From assembly GCF_006345805.1 (NCBI RefSeq), contig NC_043004.1, positions 50,778,001 to 50,842,000 on the forward strand: a DNA stretch of 64,000 nucleotides, written 5' to 3'. Each line of letters begins with the position of its first letter. Within the stretch, counting starts at the first letter, position 1. The position numbers and the translations under genes were made by a program. Positions 61,539 through 64,000 of this stretch are shown here, one piece after another. Below the pieces are notes generated by a model. The model searched no databases and was not told the origin of the DNA. It was given only the letters and a program-made list of their open reading frames with translations. Source of the stretch: Octopus sinensis (lineage: Eukaryota).

Positions 61539-64000
61539 ATGTTTCTTTATTAGCCACACAGGGCTGCACACAGATAGAACAAATTACAAGGTAGAGCTTT
61601 TCTTTTGAAGGTTTAAAAAAATAAAAAAATAAAAAAATAAAAAATAAAAATAAAATAAAAATAAAATAAAAAAAGGGGGGGTCGATCAAAAGGGATCGTA
61701 AAAGGAGAGAAAGAGGACAAAAAAAAGGGGGGGTTAAAAAAAAGGGGGAGAGGAAAAAAATTGATCAATAGGGATCGTTATCACAGAAATGTCAATATGA
61801 AGTGTAAAGGGGGGGACAGGTGAGGTTTACCCGTGGAAAGAAAAGCCTACGGAAAAGACCACGGTAACCTCGGTCAATGAAGTCACATGTTATATTTCTT
61901 TTTTTTTTTTTTTTTTGCAAATAAGCAACTCTCTGTATTAATTTTTACGGTTCATAGAATCATAGTCAAGGTGGCTTCGTCATTCATACGTGCCATCCTT
62001 GCTACATTCACCCATCTTTTTTTAAAACATTCACTAGACAAAACTTGCCTCTCTACTCTCACTTTTTTCTTCAAGTGATACTTGAAGAAGTTGATGAGAG
62101 GTTGACCAGAGAGGAAAGTGTTTGTCTCTAATCCTTTCAGACGCGTCCACCAGATACATTCTTTCGCCATAGCCACAAGTATGATAAAAATAGCTCTTCC
62201 TTCCCGTTTGAAGGAAGGAGGCGTGACGATATTAACGATAGACTCGGCTGATAAACCGACACGTCCCACACGTGACAGCAGTCGTTCGACATAAGCCCAC
62301 AGGTGGGAAATTGCTGGACACTGCACGATTGCGTGCAGAGCGGTTTCGTCGCTCTGCCCGCATCTCGGGCAGGTCGGCCCCGTGTTTCTCGAGCCATGCC
62401 TATAGAGCTTATCCCGAACGGGTAGCGCTTCTCGGTAGCACCGCCAGGCCAGGGATCTCTGGAAGTTGTCCATAGGTTCCGGGCCGAAAGTCGTTTGAAA
62501 CAGGCGGGTCAGGTATTCCTCGTCGACGCCCAGGTTTGCCCCGAGCTCGTCGTCGTACCTCCCCTCCACTAATCCCCTATAGAATGCTTTGGTTGTGTTG
62601 AAGTCACTCAAGGTCGACCCGGGACGGCAGAGTTGCTTGAGAGCAACGCGACACTCGCGGTGTCATTCGCCCTTCTTCGGCCTCTTTTTGATCCACGACT
62701 GTAGTTCGGTCATGGAGACGAGTTGCGGGAATGCGTGCCTCACAAACGGCGACCACACCTGTTCACCGTCGTCTACATAGAGCCGGAGATGTCGCAGTCT
62801 CAGCGCGTGTCTGCGCATCATCAACCACGGCATGCCCAGCCCTCCTTTTAACGGGTGTTGACAGCAAATGGATCGCCTGACCATCGGGACGCATCCTTTC
62901 CACAAGAAGCGGAAGAGGATATGTTCTAGTTTGGTGATGGTAGGGTCGGGACAAGGTACGACGGTCAGGCGGTAGTAGATGATGGACGCGATGTACGCGT
63001 TCACCACCTCCGCCCGACCTTTTAGGGACAGTTTCCTCTCGGCCCATTGCTGGGCGAGAGTGACCACCCTACTCGTTATCTCGTTCCAGTTCTTCTCCAT
63101 TTGGAGGTCCGGACCGAACCAGACCCCGAGCAACTCAACCGGGCCGTCTGTCCAGCGTCCCACGACGGAGGTACTGGTGGACGGCATGGGATTGCTTCTC
63201 CAGGTGCCGAGCCGCAAGCCCACTGACTTTTCCCGGTTGATTTTTGCTCCTGTCACCGCTTCGTAGTCTTTCAGTGTCTCGCCGACCCGCTCGATGTGCT
63301 CGTGGCTTGACACTATGACGGTGACGTCGTCCGCGTATGCAGACACGCTCGTCCCGCATCCTAATTCTCGCGGGATGCCCCTCAGAGTCGCCAGCTTCCG
63401 CAGTAGTGGCTCAAGAGTCAATACGTATAGAAGCGCCGAGAGGGGGCATCCGTGACGGACCGAACGTGCAATGTCGAAGGGTCTCGATAGATGTCCATTT
63501 ACGCGAATTACCGAACGGATGCCTCTGTACAAGGCAGCTATCCAGCCGCGGAAGACGGGACCGAAACCAGCCGCTCTCAGGACTGCCTCCAAGTATCAAT
63601 GGTCTACCCTATCAAAGGCTTTCGATTGATCCAAGTTGATCAGGGCCCCACCCATGCCAGGTTCGTTAACTACCCTGTCCATGATGTAGCGCATCAGATG
63701 GAGGTTGTCATGGATGCTCCGGCCCGGCACGGCGCACGTTTGTGCGTTGTCGACCAGTTTCTCCATGACAAGCGCCAACCTCTTGGCTAACACCTTTGTC
63801 AAAATTTTCAGGTCTGCATTGAGCAGAGTGATTGGCCTAAAGTTATCTATAATGTTTCCCTTGTTTGGATCTTTCTTCAGCAGAGTTACAGCTCCTCGAC
63901 TCACAAAACCAGGTATGCTCCCGTTTTGCTGCCAGTTGCAGTATACCGCTGCCAAGACGTCTCCAAACAAGTCTGGCATACAATAGTAAAATTCGTAGGG
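61539..64000 (-). mobile_element. Tx1/L1-clade LINE (RT, C-terminal Zn knuckle, 3' UTR), frameshifted; continues beyond the window
   Basis: FRPITLLNADLKIL, LDQSKAFDRVDH, RHGCPLS, AYADD and CPRCGQSDETALHAIVQC. AATAAA at 61551-61546 and (tatc)n tail. Confidence 0.93.

Overview
Repeat-saturated, AT-rich eukaryotic sequence. The SINE families and the (TA)n/(CA)n/(TACA)n density suggest an Octopus-type cephalopod; this is recognition from sequence style, not a database result. I cannot support any host protein-coding gene, and most predicted ORFs are microsatellite translations. The window holds decayed transposons: two CR1-group LINEs, a Tx1/L1-like LINE, an R4/Dong-like LINE, RTE fragments, two Penelope-like elements (Neptune-like 12.2-14.95 kb, Naiad-like 53.2-55.9 kb), a Ty3/gypsy LTR+gag remnant, a hAT (Buster/Spin-like) element, several Tc1/mariner remnants, MITEs/HINEs and dozens of tRNA-derived SINE copies. 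There is one 100-N gap. The main signal is about ten short elements, most next to (TA)n tracts. Most are fold-back (inverted) duplications, and most contain type I hammerhead ribozyme motifs (CUGANGA...GAAA, palindromic stem III). At least three hammerhead families are present. Helix covariation is visible between copies, and core variants include an extra A after A9 and the compensatory U3-A8 pair. One hairpin loop still encodes a GIY-YIG C-terminus, and two families sit at or just downstream of the 3' ends of the Penelope-like elements. I interpret them as ribozyme-bearing Penelope termini or non-autonomous retrozyme-like elements. All alignments and folds were done by eye.
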